Below, in pieces: positions 1-10,946 of a stretch of 37,280 nt of DNA. A program made the position numbers and the translations under genes. The notes under the pieces are model-generated. The model made no database searches. It saw only the letters and a program-made list of their open reading frames with translations, and was not told where the DNA came from. The DNA comes from Actinomycetota bacterium (lineage in GTDB: Bacteria > Actinomycetota > Actinomycetes > Actinomycetales > Microbacteriaceae): assembly GCA_039795835.1 (NCBI GenBank), contig JBDKLA010000002.1:1-37280 (forward strand), written 5' to 3'. Position 1 is the stretch's first letter; each line of letters starts with the position of its first letter.

Positions 1-691
1 TGTCACCATCTAGCTCTACTGGGCCAAGAATGAACTTCTGGGTTCGGCTGCGGTCACAGGTAACCAGCGGCTTAGCAGGGTCGTCCACCTGACCCGGTGC
101 GCGGAACTCCTTGGAGCAGTCGAGAGCCTCATACTGAGCCTGAAGTTCGGCACTCACCCAGTTGAGGTCGCTGTTGTCGGTTGGTGCAGCCGTACTGGTA
201 GCGATCGGAGTTGATGCTGGAAGAGTTGGAGTTGGCTTTGGGTTCGCCTTGGTTGCGGGCGGTGTAACCAGCGCAGACGATCCGGCACCGGTGACCAAAA
301 CCGGACGGAACTCTAGTTTTGCGCTGGCCTTGATGAGTTCCAGTGTTGACTCGGAAGGCTTACCAGGGATGCTAACAACGATGGCAGCCTCGTTGCCTTC
401 ACCCTGAGTAATAATCTGAGCCTCAGAAACACCGGTCGAGTCGATTCGCTGACGAATGACGTCTACCGCTTGCGCCAGAGTTTCGGCCTTTACGGTCTTT
501 CCACCCTGAACGGTTGGCTTAAGGATGATTTGAGTTCCACCCTGGAGGTCTAGAGCCAACTGCGGAACCAGAGTAGCCCCAGGAACCTTGGTATAGGTTG
601 CGCCGGCGATGAGCCCTGCAAAAGCAATAAATAGAACCAATAGCCAAGCTAGACGCTTGCGCGCCCACTTGCCTGCGGATGAACCAGCCAT
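1..691 (-). CDS. secD: Protein translocase subunit SecD (5' part; runs off window start)
   Basis: Manual translation from ATG at 691: MAGSSAGKWARKRLAWLLVLFIAFAGLIAG...PQLALDLQGGTQIIL (SecD LxLDLxGG motif after TM1); directly downstream of yajC. Confidence 0.93.
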   Translation of the reverse strand, partial: MAGSSAGKWARKRLAWLLVLFIAFAGLIAGATYTKVPGATLVPQLALDLQGGTQIILKPTVQGGKTVKAETLAQAVDVIRQRIDSTGVSEAQIITQGEGNEAAIVVSIPGKPSESTLELIKASAKLEFRPVLVTGAGSSALVTPPATKANPKPTPTLPASTPIATSTAAPTDNSDLNWVSAELQAQYEALDCSKEFRAPGQVDDPAKPLVTCDRSRTQKFILGPVELDGD

Positions 692-701
692 GTGTAAAAA
701 C

Positions 702-1028
702 CTACTTCTTAGCAGCAGGCTTCTTAGCCGCTGGCTTCTTTGCTACAGGTGCTACCTCGGTGACAATTGGCTTTGCGTTATCAACAACGCGTAGAACTGC
801 GCCTCGAGCAACTTCAAGGGTGGTGGTTGGTGAGCAAAGGAGTGTCACACGGTCATCGTTGATCGATACAACCTCGCCGTAGATTCCACTGGTGAGCATT
901 ACCTTTGCACCAACAACAACCTTGCTGGCGAGTTCGGCAGCCTGAGCCTTACGCTTTCGCCCACTCATGTACATGAAGCCTCCGAGAAGAACGACCATAC
1001 CTATCATGATTAGTTCTTGTTGACTCAC
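702..1028 (-). CDS. yajC: Preprotein translocase subunit YajC
   Basis: N-terminal TM followed by basic residues; GAKVMLTSGIYGEV motif; lies between ruvB and secD. Confidence 0.93.
   Translation of the reverse strand: MSQQELIMIGMVVLLGGFMYMSGRKRKAQAAELASKVVVGAKVMLTSGIYGEVVSINDDRVTLLCSPTTTLEVARGAVLRVVDNAKPIVTEVAPVAKKPAAKKPAAKK
705..740 (-). repeat. Imperfect 15-nt tandem repeat encoding the KKPAA KKPAA KK tail of YajC
   Basis: + strand cttcttagcagcagg cttcttagccgctgg cttctt. Confidence 0.7.
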
Positions 1029-1080
1029 TGTGAAACCTCTACTTTGCGTAAAAAATGCGCCTAACTAGCGCCTAGGAAGA

Positions 1081-2106
1081 TTATAGGTCAAGCAGGGTAA
1101 CCGCACCGTGCGAACCCAGGTCTTTTCCGAGATGCTTGTAGGCGGCAGCCGTAGCTTCCCTACCTCGCGGGGTTCTCACAATCATTCCACTTCGAACCAA
1201 ATATGGTTCAACCACAGACTCGATGGTTTCCGCCTCTTCGCCAAGAGCAACCGCCAAAGTCGACAAACCTACCGCCTTGTGCGCGTATCGACCGGTGAGC
1301 AGATCCAAAAATTGGATGTCAATTCGATCTAGACCAAGCTCGTCAACTTCAAAAATAGATAACGCCTCGCGTGCGATTTCAACATCAACCAGTTCATGAT
1401 TGTGAACCAGTGCGTAGTCACGAACGCGTCGGAGTAGACGGTTGGCAATTCTCGGAGTACCTCGGGAACGACGGGCAATCTCCCCTAACGCCTGCTCATC
1501 ATGCCGGACGCCGAGGTGTACCGCGCTTCGACGGACAACCTCGTGAAGCTCTTCGGCGTCGTAAAACTCTAGGTGACCTGTGAATCCAAAACGGTCTCGC
1601 AGCGGAGTCGGCAGCATGCCAGAACGGGTGGTTGCACCGATCAGGGTGAAAGGTGAGAGTTCAAGAGGAATCGAATTGGCGCCGACACCCTTACCGACCA
1701 TCACATCGACACGATAATCCTCCATCGCAAGATAGAGCATTTCTTCAGCTGAGCGCGACATTCGGTGAATTTCGTCGATAAACAGAATTTCACCAGGAAC
1801 CAGCGAACTGAGAATTGCCGCGAGATCTCCAGCGTGCTGAATGGTAGGTCCGGAAGTAAGCCGAATCGGGTGGCCCGTTTCGTTGGACACGATCAGCGCG
1901 AGTGTCGTCTTACCCAAGCCTGGCGGCCCAACGAGGAGAATGTGGTCAGCGTTGGTGCCACGAAGTTTCGCAGACTCTAGCACCAACTCGAGTTGCTTAC
2001 GAACAGCCTGCTGACCCACGAACTGCTCAAGATTTGCCGGTCTTACCGCAGCCTCGAAAGCTAATTCGTTTTCGTTTGGCTCGGCGTCCAAGATTTCTGT
2101 GGTCAC
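1081..2106 (-). CDS. ruvB: Holliday junction branch migration helicase RuvB
   Basis: Walker [46 protein letters not shown]. Confidence 0.98.
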   Translation of the reverse strand: MTTEILDAEPNENELAFEAAVRPANLEQFVGQQAVRKQLELVLESAKLRGTNADHILLVGPPGLGKTTLALIVSNETGHPIRLTSGPTIQHAGDLAAILSSLVPGEILFIDEIHRMSRSAEEMLYLAMEDYRVDVMVGKGVGANSIPLELSPFTLIGATTRSGMLPTPLRDRFGFTGHLEFYDAEELHEVVRRSAVHLGVRHDEQALGEIARRSRGTPRIANRLLRRVRDYALVHNHELVDVEIAREALSIFEVDELGLDRIDIQFLDLLTGRYAHKAVGLSTLAVALGEEAETIESVVEPYLVRSGMIVRTPRGREATAAAYKHLGKDLGSHGAVTLLDL

Positions 2107-2675
2107 TTCTTGGCCAAACTTTGAAGCGCTAGGCGAAGAATGGATTCATTTGAACCGTTAGGCTCGGCCAACCGAACCTTTTTGATGGTGTCTTCGGCAA
2201 GTTTCGTCTGGTAACCAAGTCCAACCAGAGCCGAAACCAAATCGGCATCGCCTGATTTTGGTTTTGAGGTTCCCGAACCGCCCAGCTTTCCAGCCAAGGT
2301 AACCACGAGCAGCTTGGCGGTCTTGGGGCCGATTCCGCTGACGGATTTGAATGCCGAGTCATCCTCTGAAGCAACTGCGTCACGAAGGGCATCGACTCCT
2401 AGCTGATGAATGATGCTCATCGCTGACTTCGGACCTACACCTGTAACTGATCGCAGAAGGTCGAAGGTTTCTAACTCATCCCGCGAAGCAAAGCCGTAAA
2501 TAGTGAAGGCATCTTCACGAACCACAAAAGCAGTGACGACCGAAAGCTCCTGACCGACGTGAACCGAGAGCGCCAAACCTGGCGTAACTTGCACAAGATA
2601 CCCAACGCCGGAAACGTCCAGCACCACAGAATTCAAAGTTGAACTCTGCACCGTACCTTTGAGGGATGCAATCAC
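2103..2675 (-). CDS. ruvA: Holliday junction DNA-binding protein RuvA
   Basis: [24 protein letters not shown], HhH motifs VTGVGPK and VSGIGPKTA; start placed at second GTG (2675), 6 nt after a TAGCAT -10. Confidence 0.96.
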   Translation of the reverse strand: MIASLKGTVQSSTLNSVVLDVSGVGYLVQVTPGLALSVHVGQELSVVTAFVVREDAFTIYGFASRDELETFDLLRSVTGVGPKSAMSIIHQLGVDALRDAVASEDDSAFKSVSGIGPKTAKLLVVTLAGKLGGSGTSKPKSGDADLVSALVGLGYQTKLAEDTIKKVRLAEPNGSNESILRLALQSLAKK

Positions 2676-2688
2676 CACTAAATGCTAA

Positions 2689-3258
2689 CTAGGGCTTTGG
2701 CTTTCGCTTGGCAACTCGCTCTGCGTTCAGCCAAGCCTCCTGTGCTCGAGTCTTGGAACCAGAAGAGTTACTCAAGACTGAAGTCCCTTTCCATGCCGCG
2801 CAGATTGCGATCGCAAGTGCGTCTGCGGAGTCGGCGGGCTTCGGGATTTCGGTAAGACCCAAAATCTTGGTCACTGCCAAACCAATCTGCGGTTTTTGAG
2901 CGCGACCAGAGCCGGTAACCGCCGCCTTAACCTCACTCGGGGTGTGCATCTGCACCGGAATTCCATGCTTTTTCGCAAGATACATCACGACACCGGAAAT
3001 CTGAGCGACGCCCATAACAGACCGCACATTGGCCTGGGAAAAGACTCGCTCGATGGCGATAGCGGCCGGCTTGTGTTTAATGATCAATGCCTCTACCCCA
3101 TCGGCCACTTCCAGCAAGCGGGAGCTGAGTTCCTGGCTAGGTGCCGTCCGAAGAGTATCGACGGTTAGCATCTGAACTTTTCTAGTGGACGATGCGTCAA
3201 TTACCGCAACGCCACAGCGTGTGAGTCCCGGGTCGACCCCAAGAATCACTCGGGACAT
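2689..3258 (-). CDS. ruvC: Crossover junction endodeoxyribonuclease RuvC
   Basis: ILGVDPGLTRCG, AIERVF, TPSEVKAAVTGSGRA, DSADALAIAIC. Confidence 0.97.
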   Translation of the reverse strand: MSRVILGVDPGLTRCGVAVIDASSTRKVQMLTVDTLRTAPSQELSSRLLEVADGVEALIIKHKPAAIAIERVFSQANVRSVMGVAQISGVVMYLAKKHGIPVQMHTPSEVKAAVTGSGRAQKPQIGLAVTKILGLTEIPKPADSADALAIAICAAWKGTSVLSNSSGSKTRAQEAWLNAERVAKRKPKP

Positions 3259-4016
3259 TAGTCCTGCTCGATCTCTGCCAAAACTTCTGGGGACATGTCG
3301 AAGTTCGTGTAGACGTTCTGCACGTCGTCTAGGTCTTCAAGCGCGTCGATTAGACCAATGACCTTTCGAGCGGTTGGTGCATCTACCTGAACGTGCATTG
3401 AAGGAACGAACTCAACGTCGGCAGCTTCATAGTCGATGTTGGCGGCCTGGAGGGCAGTTCTTACAGCAACCATGTCGGATGGGTCGGTGGTGACAACCAA
3501 TACTTCGCCGCGGTCTTCAACGTCTTCGATTCCAGCATCAAGTGCTGCACCTAGGACACTGTCTTCGGTTGCAGTTTCAGACTTGTTCACCGTGATTACA
3601 CCCTTGCGGCTGAACATGAAGTTCACCGAACCGATGTCTGCCATGGTGCCGCCGTTACGAGTGACACCAAGTCGTACCTCGGCAGCTGCGCGGTTTTTGT
3701 TGTCGGTTAGACACTCGATAAGAATGGCGATTCCATTTGGGCCATAGGCCTCGTACATGATCGTGGTGTACTCAACGGCATCGGCACCGACACCTGAGCC
3801 ACGCTTGATGGCACGCTCGATGTTGTCGTTGGGTAGCGAAGATTTTCTACCCTTTTGAATTGCATCGTAAAGGGTTGGGTTTCCGTCGATGTCGGGACCA
3901 CCTAAGCGCGCTGCTACTTCGATGTTCTTGATTAGCTTTGCGAAAAGCTTGGCGCGACGGCCGTCGATGACTGCCTTTTTGTGCTTAGTTGTAGCCCATT
4001 TGGAGTGGCCGGACAT
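3258..4016 (-). CDS. yebC: YebC/PmpR family protein
   Basis: [44 protein letters not shown]. Confidence 0.97.
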   Translation of the reverse strand: MSGHSKWATTKHKKAVIDGRRAKLFAKLIKNIEVAARLGGPDIDGNPTLYDAIQKGRKSSLPNDNIERAIKRGSGVGADAVEYTTIMYEAYGPNGIAILIECLTDNKNRAAAEVRLGVTRNGGTMADIGSVNFMFSRKGVITVNKSETATEDSVLGAALDAGIEDVEDRGEVLVVTTDPSDMVAVRTALQAANIDYEAADVEFVPSMHVQVDAPTARKVIGLIDALEDLDDVQNVYTNFDMSPEVLAEIEQD

Positions 4017-4059
4017 GATTCTCCCGATAATGCTTTTGGTTTATTAGAAGTCTAATTGT

Positions 4060-4644
4060 TTAGGCACGAACAAGTGCGTCATAGAAGTAGCTGTGAATTC
4101 GGTCTTCCCCGGTGACCTCAGGGTGGAAGCTAATGCCGAGTCGGTTTCCCTGGACAACACCAACTACTCTGCCATCTTCGAGACTGGCCACAACCTGTGC
4201 ACGTGGTCCAACCTGAGTAATCAGTGGCGCCCGAATAAAGGCTGCGTGAACATGTCCGGGGATACCCGTGAACGGAAGATCGACCTCAAAAGAGTCAAGC
4301 TGGTTTCCAAATGCGTTTCTTTGAACCACGACATCGAGACCGCCGAAGGTCTCCTGCCCCTCAATTCCATCTGTGATGCTGTCGGCAAGCATAATGAGGC
4401 CGGCACAGGTACCAAAGACCGGGAGACCACCCTGGATTGCCTCAGAAATCGGATTAAACATTTCGAAAATTCTGGCTAGTTTCCCGATTGTGGTCGATTC
4501 ACCGCCCGGGATTACCAAACCTGCGACCGCATCCAACTCACTTCTCCGCTTTACCGAGATTGCCGGAATTCCGAGACGGTCGAAAGCCTGCAGGTGCTCG
4601 CGAAAGTCACCCTGCAGGCTTAGGACGCCTAGAGGTTTGGTCAC
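4060..4644 (-). CDS. pdxT: Pyridoxal 5'-phosphate synthase glutaminase subunit
   Basis: LQGDFREH, PGGESTT, GTCAG (nucleophile Cys), RNAFG, FIRAP, FHPE. Confidence 0.97.
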   Translation of the reverse strand: MTKPLGVLSLQGDFREHLQAFDRLGIPAISVKRRSELDAVAGLVIPGGESTTIGKLARIFEMFNPISEAIQGGLPVFGTCAGLIMLADSITDGIEGQETFGGLDVVVQRNAFGNQLDSFEVDLPFTGIPGHVHAAFIRAPLITQVGPRAQVVASLEDGRVVGVVQGNRLGISFHPEVTGEDRIHSYFYDALVRA

Positions 4645-5543
4645 TACCAGCCGCGCTCAGCCAAACGGTGAGGAGCAGGTAGATCAGAAACGTTGATACC
4701 GACCATTGCTTCGCCCAAGCCACGGCTCACTTCTGCGAGAACGGCTGGGTCGTTGTAGAAGGTTGTTGCCTTGACAATGGCCTTGGCGCGGGCCGAAGGA
4801 TTGCCCGATTTGAAGATTCCTGAACCAACGAAGACACCGTCGGCACCCATCTGCATCATCAGAGCGGCATCGGCTGGAGTTGCAACTCCACCTGCAACGA
4901 ACATTACAACTGGAAGTTTTCCGGTCTTGGCAACCTCGTGAACCAACTGGTACGGAGCCTGCAGTTCCTTGGCGGCAACATACAGTTCGTCGTCAGACTT
5001 GGCAGTTAGTGCTCGAATTTCGCCAGAGATGGTGCGAATGTGCTTCATAGCCTCGGAAACGTCTCCGGTACCGGCTTCGCCCTTCGAGCGGATCATCGCT
5101 GCACCCTCAGTGATGCGTCGCAGTGCCTCACCCAGGTTGGTTGCGCCACAGACGAACGGAACATTGAAGTTCCACTTGTCGATGTGGTTTACGTAGTCGG
5201 CTGGGCTTAGGACCTCAGATTCGTCGATGTAGTCAACACCTAGCGATTCAAGGATCTGAGCTTCGACGAAGTGACCGATACGAGCCTTGGCCATTACCGG
5301 AATCGAAACAGCCTCAATGATTCCATCGATCATGTCTGGGTCAGACATGCGAGATACGCCGCCCTGAGCACGGATGTCTGCAGGTACACGCTCGAGGGCC
5401 ATTACGGCAACCGCTCCGGCGTCCTCAGCAATTTTCGCTTGCTCTGGGGTTACAACGTCCATGATTACGCCACCCTTGAGCATCTCGGCTAGGCCGCGCT
5501 TTACTAGTGGGGTTCCAACTTCTGGCTTTGAAAATTCGCTCAT
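4644..5543 (-). CDS. pdxS: Pyridoxal 5'-phosphate synthase lyase subunit
   Basis: [48 protein letters not shown]-terminus; start moved to ATG 5543. Confidence 0.98.
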   Translation of the reverse strand: MSEFSKPEVGTPLVKRGLAEMLKGGVIMDVVTPEQAKIAEDAGAVAVMALERVPADIRAQGGVSRMSDPDMIDGIIEAVSIPVMAKARIGHFVEAQILESLGVDYIDESEVLSPADYVNHIDKWNFNVPFVCGATNLGEALRRITEGAAMIRSKGEAGTGDVSEAMKHIRTISGEIRALTAKSDDELYVAAKELQAPYQLVHEVAKTGKLPVVMFVAGGVATPADAALMMQMGADGVFVGSGIFKSGNPSARAKAIVKATTFYNDPAVLAEVSRGLGEAMVGINVSDLPAPHRLAERGW

Positions 5544-5595
5544 GTTTACAAGTCTAAACAACGAACCGAGCTCGAAGAGAAAGAATTCGAAACAG

Positions 5596-6132
5596 TTACT
5601 GCCAACCGGCCGCTAATTCCTCTCGCACCTGACTCAGAAGCTTCGGTAAAGCCTTGGTTTCGGCAATGATCGGGAAGAAATTGGCGTCATTTCTCCACCT
5701 TGGAACGATGTGCTGGTGCAGGTGTCCCGCGATTCCAGCGCCTGCTACCTCACCCTGGTTCATTCCGATGTTGAAGCCGTGCGCCTTGGAAACCCTAGTG
5801 AGAACCTCCATCGCCCTTTGCGTGAGAGCCCCAATTTCGGCGACCTCTTCCGGCGTTGCCAAATCGTAGGTTGGGATGTGGCGGTAAGGGCAGACCAGAA
5901 GGTGCCCGGAGTTATAAGGAAATAAGTTCAAGAGAACGTAGGACGTCTTTCCACGGAAGACAATCAGCGACTGTTCGTTAGACAAACTTGGCCCGATACA
6001 GAATGGACACTGATCTTCTGATGGCTGTTGCCCGTGCTGAATGTAGACCAAGCGATGAGGCGTCCAGAGCCTCTGAAACGCGTCTGGAACTGCCGCAAAA
6101 TCGGCTGAATGTTCCAAACGCTCTTCAGTCAT
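5596..6132 (-). CDS. HIT family protein (Ap4A phosphorylase-like)
   Basis: [32 protein letters not shown] (HxHxH-type motif); overlaps thrS stop. Confidence 0.93.
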   Translation of the reverse strand: MTEERLEHSADFAAVPDAFQRLWTPHRLVYIQHGQQPSEDQCPFCIGPSLSNEQSLIVFRGKTSYVLLNLFPYNSGHLLVCPYRHIPTYDLATPEEVAEIGALTQRAMEVLTRVSKAHGFNIGMNQGEVAGAGIAGHLHQHIVPRWRNDANFFPIIAETKALPKLLSQVREELAAGWQ

Positions 6133-8132
6133 TAGACCTGTTCCTTGTTTGCAATCGCCGAAAGGATTCGTTCGATCGCCTGCGCTACTGGCACGCCGTT
6201 TTCCTGCGAACCATCGCGGAAGCGGAAGCTGACTGCACCATTAGCGCGGTCCTCTTCACCAGCGATCAGCATGAACGGAACGCGGTCCTTGGTGTGGTTT
6301 CGAATCTTCTTTTGCATGCGGTCGTCCGAGTCGTCCACGAGAACACGAACACCGTTCTTGCGAAGGTCAGCAGCGATCCCGTGCAGGTATTCGCTGTATT
6401 CGTCAGCGATTGGAATACCGGCAACCTGAACCGGAGCCAACCAAGGTGGGAAGTGCCCTGCGTAGTGCTCAGTCAGCACACCGAAGAATCGCTCAATTGA
6501 ACCGAATAAGGCTCGGTGAATCATTACCGGACGCTTTAGAGTTCCGTCGGCAGCCGCGTATTCAAGGTCGAAACGCTCTGGAAGGTTGAAGTCCAGCTGA
6601 ATGGTCGACATCTGCCAGGTTCGCCCGATGGCATCACGAGCCTGAACCGAAATCTTAGGACCGTAGAATGCGGCGCCTCCAGGATCGGGAACCAGTTCAA
6701 GACCGGTTGAGGCAGCAACACGGGACAGAGTTCCAGTCGCACGCTCCCAAATCTCGTCGGAGCCAACGAACTTAGGGTTTCCTTCTTCGCGAGTCGAGAG
6801 CTCAAGGTAGAAGTCGGTCAAACCATAATCGCGTAGCAAACCAAGTACGAATCCGATGACATCGGTAAGCTCCTGCTCCATATTTTCCTGCGTGACGAAC
6901 AGGTGAGCGTCGTCCTGGGTTAGGCCTCGAACTCGAGTAAGTCCGTGAACGACACCACTCTTCTCGTAACGGTAAACGGTTCCAAACTCGAACATGCGAA
7001 GCGGAAGATCACGGTAAGAACGCGACTGAGACTTGTAGACCAAGATATGGAACGGGCAGTTCATAGGCTTCAGGTAGTAGTCCTGACCCTGTTTGCGAAC
7101 CACGCCGTCTTCATCTATTTCCTCGTCAAGCTTCATCGGAGGGAACATGCCGTCCGCGTACCAGGCCAGGTGGCCCGAGGTCTCGAACAGGTTCGACTTA
7201 GTGATGTGTGGTGAATATACGAAGTCGTAGCCGTTTTCTTCGTGACGCTTGCGGCTGTAGTCCTCCATCACACGTCGGATAATTCCGCCCTTTGGATGGA
7301 AGACAGCGAGGCCCGATCCAATTTCATCTGGGAACGAAAACAGGTCGAGTTCCGCACCGATTCGGCGGTGGTCACGCTTCGCTGCCTCTTCGAGACGTTC
7401 AAGGTGAGCCTTCAATTCATCCTTGGATGGCCAAGCGGTTCCGTAGACGCGTTGCAACTGCTTGTTAGCCTCGTTACCGCGCCAGTAAGCAGCAGCCGAG
7501 CGCATGAGTGAATAAGCATTCCCGATCATTCGGGTGTTCGGCAGGTGCGGACCTCGGCAGAGATCCTTCCAAACTGTCTCACCAGACTGAGGATTGATGT
7601 TGTCGTAAATCGTGAGTTCACCGGCACCAACCTCGGCAGCGCCATCGCCAACGGCATCGGAACCTTTGAGACCAATAAGTTCTAGTTTGTATGGCTCATT
7701 GGCAAGTTCAAGTCGAGCATCAGCATCGTTGGTTACACGACGAACGAACCGCTGACCGGCACGGATGATTCGGTCCATCTCTTTTTCAAGCTTGCGTAAG
7801 TCTTCCGGAGTGAATGGCTCGGCAACGTCAAAGTCGTAGTAGAAGCCATCTTTGATCGGAGGGCCGATGCCAAGCTTCGCCTCAGGATTGATGTTCTGAA
7901 CGGCCTGGGCTAATACGTGCGCCGCCGAGTGACGAAGAATATTTAGACCGTCTGGCGAAGAGATCTCAACGCCTTCGACCGAATCCCCTTCTCGAACCGA
8001 ATAGGCAAGGTCTTTTAGTTCGCCATTGACGCGAAGCGCCACAACGCTCTTGGATTCGAAAAGGTTGAAACCAGTAGTGTCGCTCGATACTTCGCGAGCC
8101 ACACCGTCAACCGTTATCTTCAAATCACTCAT
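6132..8132 (-). CDS. thrS: Threonine--tRNA ligase
   Basis: [54 protein letters not shown]. Confidence 0.99.
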   Translation of the reverse strand: MSDLKITVDGVAREVSSDTTGFNLFESKSVVALRVNGELKDLAYSVREGDSVEGVEISSPDGLNILRHSAAHVLAQAVQNINPEAKLGIGPPIKDGFYYDFDVAEPFTPEDLRKLEKEMDRIIRAGQRFVRRVTNDADARLELANEPYKLELIGLKGSDAVGDGAAEVGAGELTIYDNINPQSGETVWKDLCRGPHLPNTRMIGNAYSLMRSAAAYWRGNEANKQLQRVYGTAWPSKDELKAHLERLEEAAKRDHRRIGAELDLFSFPDEIGSGLAVFHPKGGIIRRVMEDYSRKRHEENGYDFVYSPHITKSNLFETSGHLAWYADGMFPPMKLDEEIDEDGVVRKQGQDYYLKPMNCPFHILVYKSQSRSYRDLPLRMFEFGTVYRYEKSGVVHGLTRVRGLTQDDAHLFVTQENMEQELTDVIGFVLGLLRDYGLTDFYLELSTREEGNPKFVGSDEIWERATGTLSRVAASTGLELVPDPGGAAFYGPKISVQARDAIGRTWQMSTIQLDFNLPERFDLEYAAADGTLKRPVMIHRALFGSIERFFGVLTEHYAGHFPPWLAPVQVAGIPIADEYSEYLHGIAADLRKNGVRVLVDDSDDRMQKKIRNHTKDRVPFMLIAGEEDRANGAVSFRFRDGSQENGVPVAQAIERILSAIANKEQV

Positions 8133-8138
8133 TCGACC

Positions 8139-8144
8139 ATTCTA
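8139..8144 (-). promoter_or_regulatory. -10 element (TAGAAT) of a probably leaderless thrS transcript
   Basis: TAGAAT-ggtcga-ATG, no Shine-Dalgarno sequence. Confidence 0.65.
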
Positions 8145-8156
8145 ACGATTGAGTAA

Positions 8157-8170
8157 TTAGGCGTGCCTTA
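8157..8170. promoter_or_regulatory. Putative DtxR/IdeR-type operator
   Basis: TTAGG-CGTG-CCTTA (TWAGG-N4-CCTWA) about 20 nt upstream of a TAGGGT -10 (8190-8195) for the VIT1 gene; only a partial match to the 19-bp consensus. Confidence 0.45.
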
Positions 8171-8206
8171 GTAGCCAAACAAGTCTTTCTAGGGTTTTAT
8201 GAACCT

Positions 8207-8950
8207 ATGGCAAAAACCCAGCACGAAATCGACAACGAAGTAATCGCATCCGAAGAGTTCCAGAAGGGCTCGATGGCCCACAAGCTCAACTGGCTACGTG
8301 CCGGAGTGCTTGGTGCTAACGACGGTATCGTCTCAACTGCCGGACTGATCTTTGGTGTTGCCGGTGCTGGTGCCGACCAGCAAGCCATCTTCATCGCTGG
8401 TGTAGCAGCACTTGTTGCGGGTTCAATCTCGATGGCCGGTGGTGAATACACATCCGTCAGCGCCCAACGCGACTCCGAGCTAGCTGCCATTGCCAAAGAG
8501 AAGAAGGAACTCAAAGAAAACCCTGAGGCCGAACTTCGCGAACTAGCTTGGTATTACGAACAGAAGGGTATGAGCCCGAATCTAGCCAAGCAGGTAGCAG
8601 AAGAACTCAGTGCCAAGGACGCACTGAAGGCGCACGCAGAAGCCGAACTGGGAATCTCCCACGACGAACACGTCAGCCCTACCGCTGCAGCCATATCTTC
8701 ATTCATTGCATTTGCTGCCGGATCACTTCTGCCGCTGCTAACGGCCACTGCTACCCCATGGCTAGACCTCGAGATTCCATTCACAATTGCTGCTGTGGTG
8801 CTCAGCCTCGCGCTAACCGGCTTCGTTGCAGCAAAAATCGGTGGAGCAAAGCCAATGCGCGCCGTAGTTCGAAACGTCGTAGTCTCACTCCTAACCATGG
8901 GTGTCACCTACGGAATTGGAATGTTGGTTGGCGGAGGCATCAGGGGCTAA
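8207..8950 (+). CDS. VIT1/CCC1 family Fe2+/Mn2+ transporter
   Basis: LNWLRAGVLGANDGIVS, AGSISMAGGEYTSVSAQRD, H...ELG, multiple TM segments. Confidence 0.93.
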   Translation: MAKTQHEIDNEVIASEEFQKGSMAHKLNWLRAGVLGANDGIVSTAGLIFGVAGAGADQQAIFIAGVAALVAGSISMAGGEYTSVSAQRDSELAAIAKEKKELKENPEAELRELAWYYEQKGMSPNLAKQVAEELSAKDALKAHAEAELGISHDEHVSPTAAAISSFIAFAAGSLLPLLTATATPWLDLEIPFTIAAVVLSLALTGFVAAKIGGAKPMRAVVRNVVVSLLTMGVTYGIGMLVGGGIRG

Positions 8951-8967
8951 CCGATAAACTGAAGTAC

Positions 8968-10413
8968 GTGACCGCAACTAAAAAATACGACGTCGTACTA
9001 ATCGGTGGAGGCATCATGAGTGCCACCCTGGGCACTCTCCTCAAAGAGCTTTCTCCAAAGCTAGAAATTGCCCTATTCGAAAGACTCGATGAGGTCGCTC
9101 TAGAAAGCTCAAACCCTTGGAACAATGCCGGCACCGGTCACGCCGCCCTCTGCGAGCTGAACTACATGCCCAACCCCAAGGATCCTTCCAAGGCAATCCA
9201 AATCAACGAGCAGTTCCAGCTCTCCCGCCAACTCTGGGCCTACCTGGTCGACAAGAAAATCCTCGGCGACCCAAAGACTTTCATCAACTCAACCCCTCAC
9301 ATGACCTACGTTCAGGGCGATAAAGACGTTGCCTATCTTCAGGCTCGCTACGAGACCCTGAAGAACGAACCGCTGTTCGAGGGCATCGAGTTCTCAACCG
9401 ATCACAAGCAGATCGCCAAGTGGACTCCCCTGCTCATCGACGGTCGAAACCCGAACCAAAAGATCGCCGCAACTCGAATTGAATCCGGAACCGACGTTGA
9501 CTTCGGTTCGATCACTCGACAGCTCATCAACCACCTAAAGTCATCAGGCGTTGAGATCCACACCTCCAACGAAGTGAAGTCACTCAAGCGAAGCAACAAC
9601 GGTTGGACTCTGAAACACCAGGTAGGCATTGCCGAAGCCAAGTTCGTTTTCGTTGGCGCCGGTGGTTGGGCACTAAAGATGCTCCAGAAATCTGGTATCC
9701 CAGAAGCTAAAGGCTATGGCACCTTCCCTGTCTCGGGAGCATTCCTAAAGACCACCAACCCCGAGGTCGTAAAGCAGCACCAGGCGAAGGTTTACAGTCA
9801 AGCTGCCGTTGGAGCCCCACCAATGTCGGTTCCTCACCTCGACACTCGCGTTGTCGATGGCAAACCAAGCCTCCTATTCGGCCCATACGCCGGCCTAAAC
9901 TTCAAGTTCCTCAAGTTCGGTTCCATCTTCGACTTACCTCTATCGGTGAGACTGGGGAACATCATCCCCTACCTATCCGTAGCGGTTAGCAACCTTGGCC
10001 TAATCAAATACCTAGTCACCGAAGTAACAAAGACACAGAAAAAGAAGTTCGAATCACTCCAAGACTTCGTTCCAAACGCAGACCCTAAAGACTGGGAACT
10101 AATCGTTGCCGGCCAACGCGCACAGGTAATCAAGAAGGACGCCAAGAAGGGCGGTGTCCTTCAGTTTGGTACCGAGGTGGTCTCTTCAGCAGATGGCAGC
10201 ATCGCGGGCCTGCTAGGAGCTTCACCAGGCGCATCTACAGCGGTTCACATCATGCTCGACGTACTCAAGAAGGGCTTCCCAAACGAGTTCAAGTCGTGGG
10301 AAAAAGATCTGAAGAAGATGATTCCTTCTTACGATACCGAGCTAAACAAGGACGCAAAGAAGGCCAAGGCCTCGCTGCAGTCCACCGCTAAGGCCCTCAA
10401 GCTAAAAGCCTAA
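8968..10413 (+). CDS. mqo: Malate:quinone oxidoreductase
   Basis: DVVLIGGGIMSATL, ESSNPWNNAGTGHAALCELNY, GAPPMSVPHLDTR, AGQRAQVIK, LLGASPGASTA; start moved to GTG 8968. Confidence 0.97.
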   Translation: MTATKKYDVVLIGGGIMSATLGTLLKELSPKLEIALFERLDEVALESSNPWNNAGTGHAALCELNYMPNPKDPSKAIQINEQFQLSRQLWAYLVDKKILGDPKTFINSTPHMTYVQGDKDVAYLQARYETLKNEPLFEGIEFSTDHKQIAKWTPLLIDGRNPNQKIAATRIESGTDVDFGSITRQLINHLKSSGVEIHTSNEVKSLKRSNNGWTLKHQVGIAEAKFVFVGAGGWALKMLQKSGIPEAKGYGTFPVSGAFLKTTNPEVVKQHQAKVYSQAAVGAPPMSVPHLDTRVVDGKPSLLFGPYAGLNFKFLKFGSIFDLPLSVRLGNIIPYLSVAVSNLGLIKYLVTEVTKTQKKKFESLQDFVPNADPKDWELIVAGQRAQVIKKDAKKGGVLQFGTEVVSSADGSIAGLLGASPGASTAVHIMLDVLKKGFPNEFKSWEKDLKKMIPSYDTELNKDAKKAKASLQSTAKALKLKA

Positions 10414-10449
10414 AAAGATGGCCTCTGAAATATACAGAGGCCGTCTTTT
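10413..10449. terminator. Bidirectional intrinsic terminator between convergent mqo and DUF4282 gene
   Basis: aaaagatggcctctg-aaatata-cagaggccgtctttt inverted repeat with A and T tracts on the flanks. Confidence 0.85.
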
Positions 10450-10460
10450 CTTATGCTGAA

Positions 10461-10736
10461 CTATTTCTTTGTGTTCTCAGCAACAATCACAAGAGCAATT
10501 GAGCTCTCAAAAGCCACACGAAGCAAGACAATCGAGATGAACCAGGCAACAGGAACTGCGACAAGTGCGAGCAAAGCAATTAACGGAAAGTTTCCTTGGA
10601 AGATCTGTACCAAAGCCGCTAGAAACACAAATGCAGAAGCCAAAGACACCAAGACTACGACGATGGCGTAAACGGCACCCAAAATTTTACGAGTAACAAG
10701 CTTCTCAAATTTAAAATCGAAAAGTTCTTTTAGCAT
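10461..10736 (-). CDS. Small membrane protein, DUF4282-like
   Basis: LFDFKFEKLVTRKI..VY start, two TM helices, RVAFE..I....VAENT end; GGGA RBS. Confidence 0.8.
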   Translation of the reverse strand: MLKELFDFKFEKLVTRKILGAVYAIVVVLVSLASAFVFLAALVQIFQGNFPLIALLALVAVPVAWFISIVLLRVAFESSIALVIVAENTKK

Positions 10737-10855
10737 TTTCCCCTAATTGGATTATTGATTTTCATGAAATGCATTTAGTTCAAAACGCACCATCAACACT
10801 CTATGGGGTCTAGACGACAAAGGAATGATGTTACTTAGTATTTTCTTTGGAAATT

Positions 10856-10930
10856 TGGTGGTCGTAACTGGGATCGAACCAGTGACCCCTTCCATGTCAA
10901 GGAAGTGCGCTACCGCTGCGCCATACGACC
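10856..10930 (-). tRNA. tRNA-Val(GAC)
   Basis: GGTCGTATGGCGCAGCGGTAGCGCACTTCCTTGACATGGAAGGGGTCACTGGTTCGATCCCAGTTACGACCACCA; cloverleaf, encoded CCA. Confidence 0.96.
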
Positions 10931-10946
10931 GGGTCTTGTTACTTTG

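Noticed and set aside
8548-8967. 140-aa N-terminal extension of Mqo in the ORF track, suggesting a fusion or overlapping gene
   Set aside because: It is an off-frame reading of the VIT1 gene; Mqo similarity starts at GTG 8968, right after a TAAACT -10.
10737-10860. Prophage or ICE attachment site at tRNA-Val
   Set aside because: I found no repeat of the tRNA 3' end and no integrase in the window.
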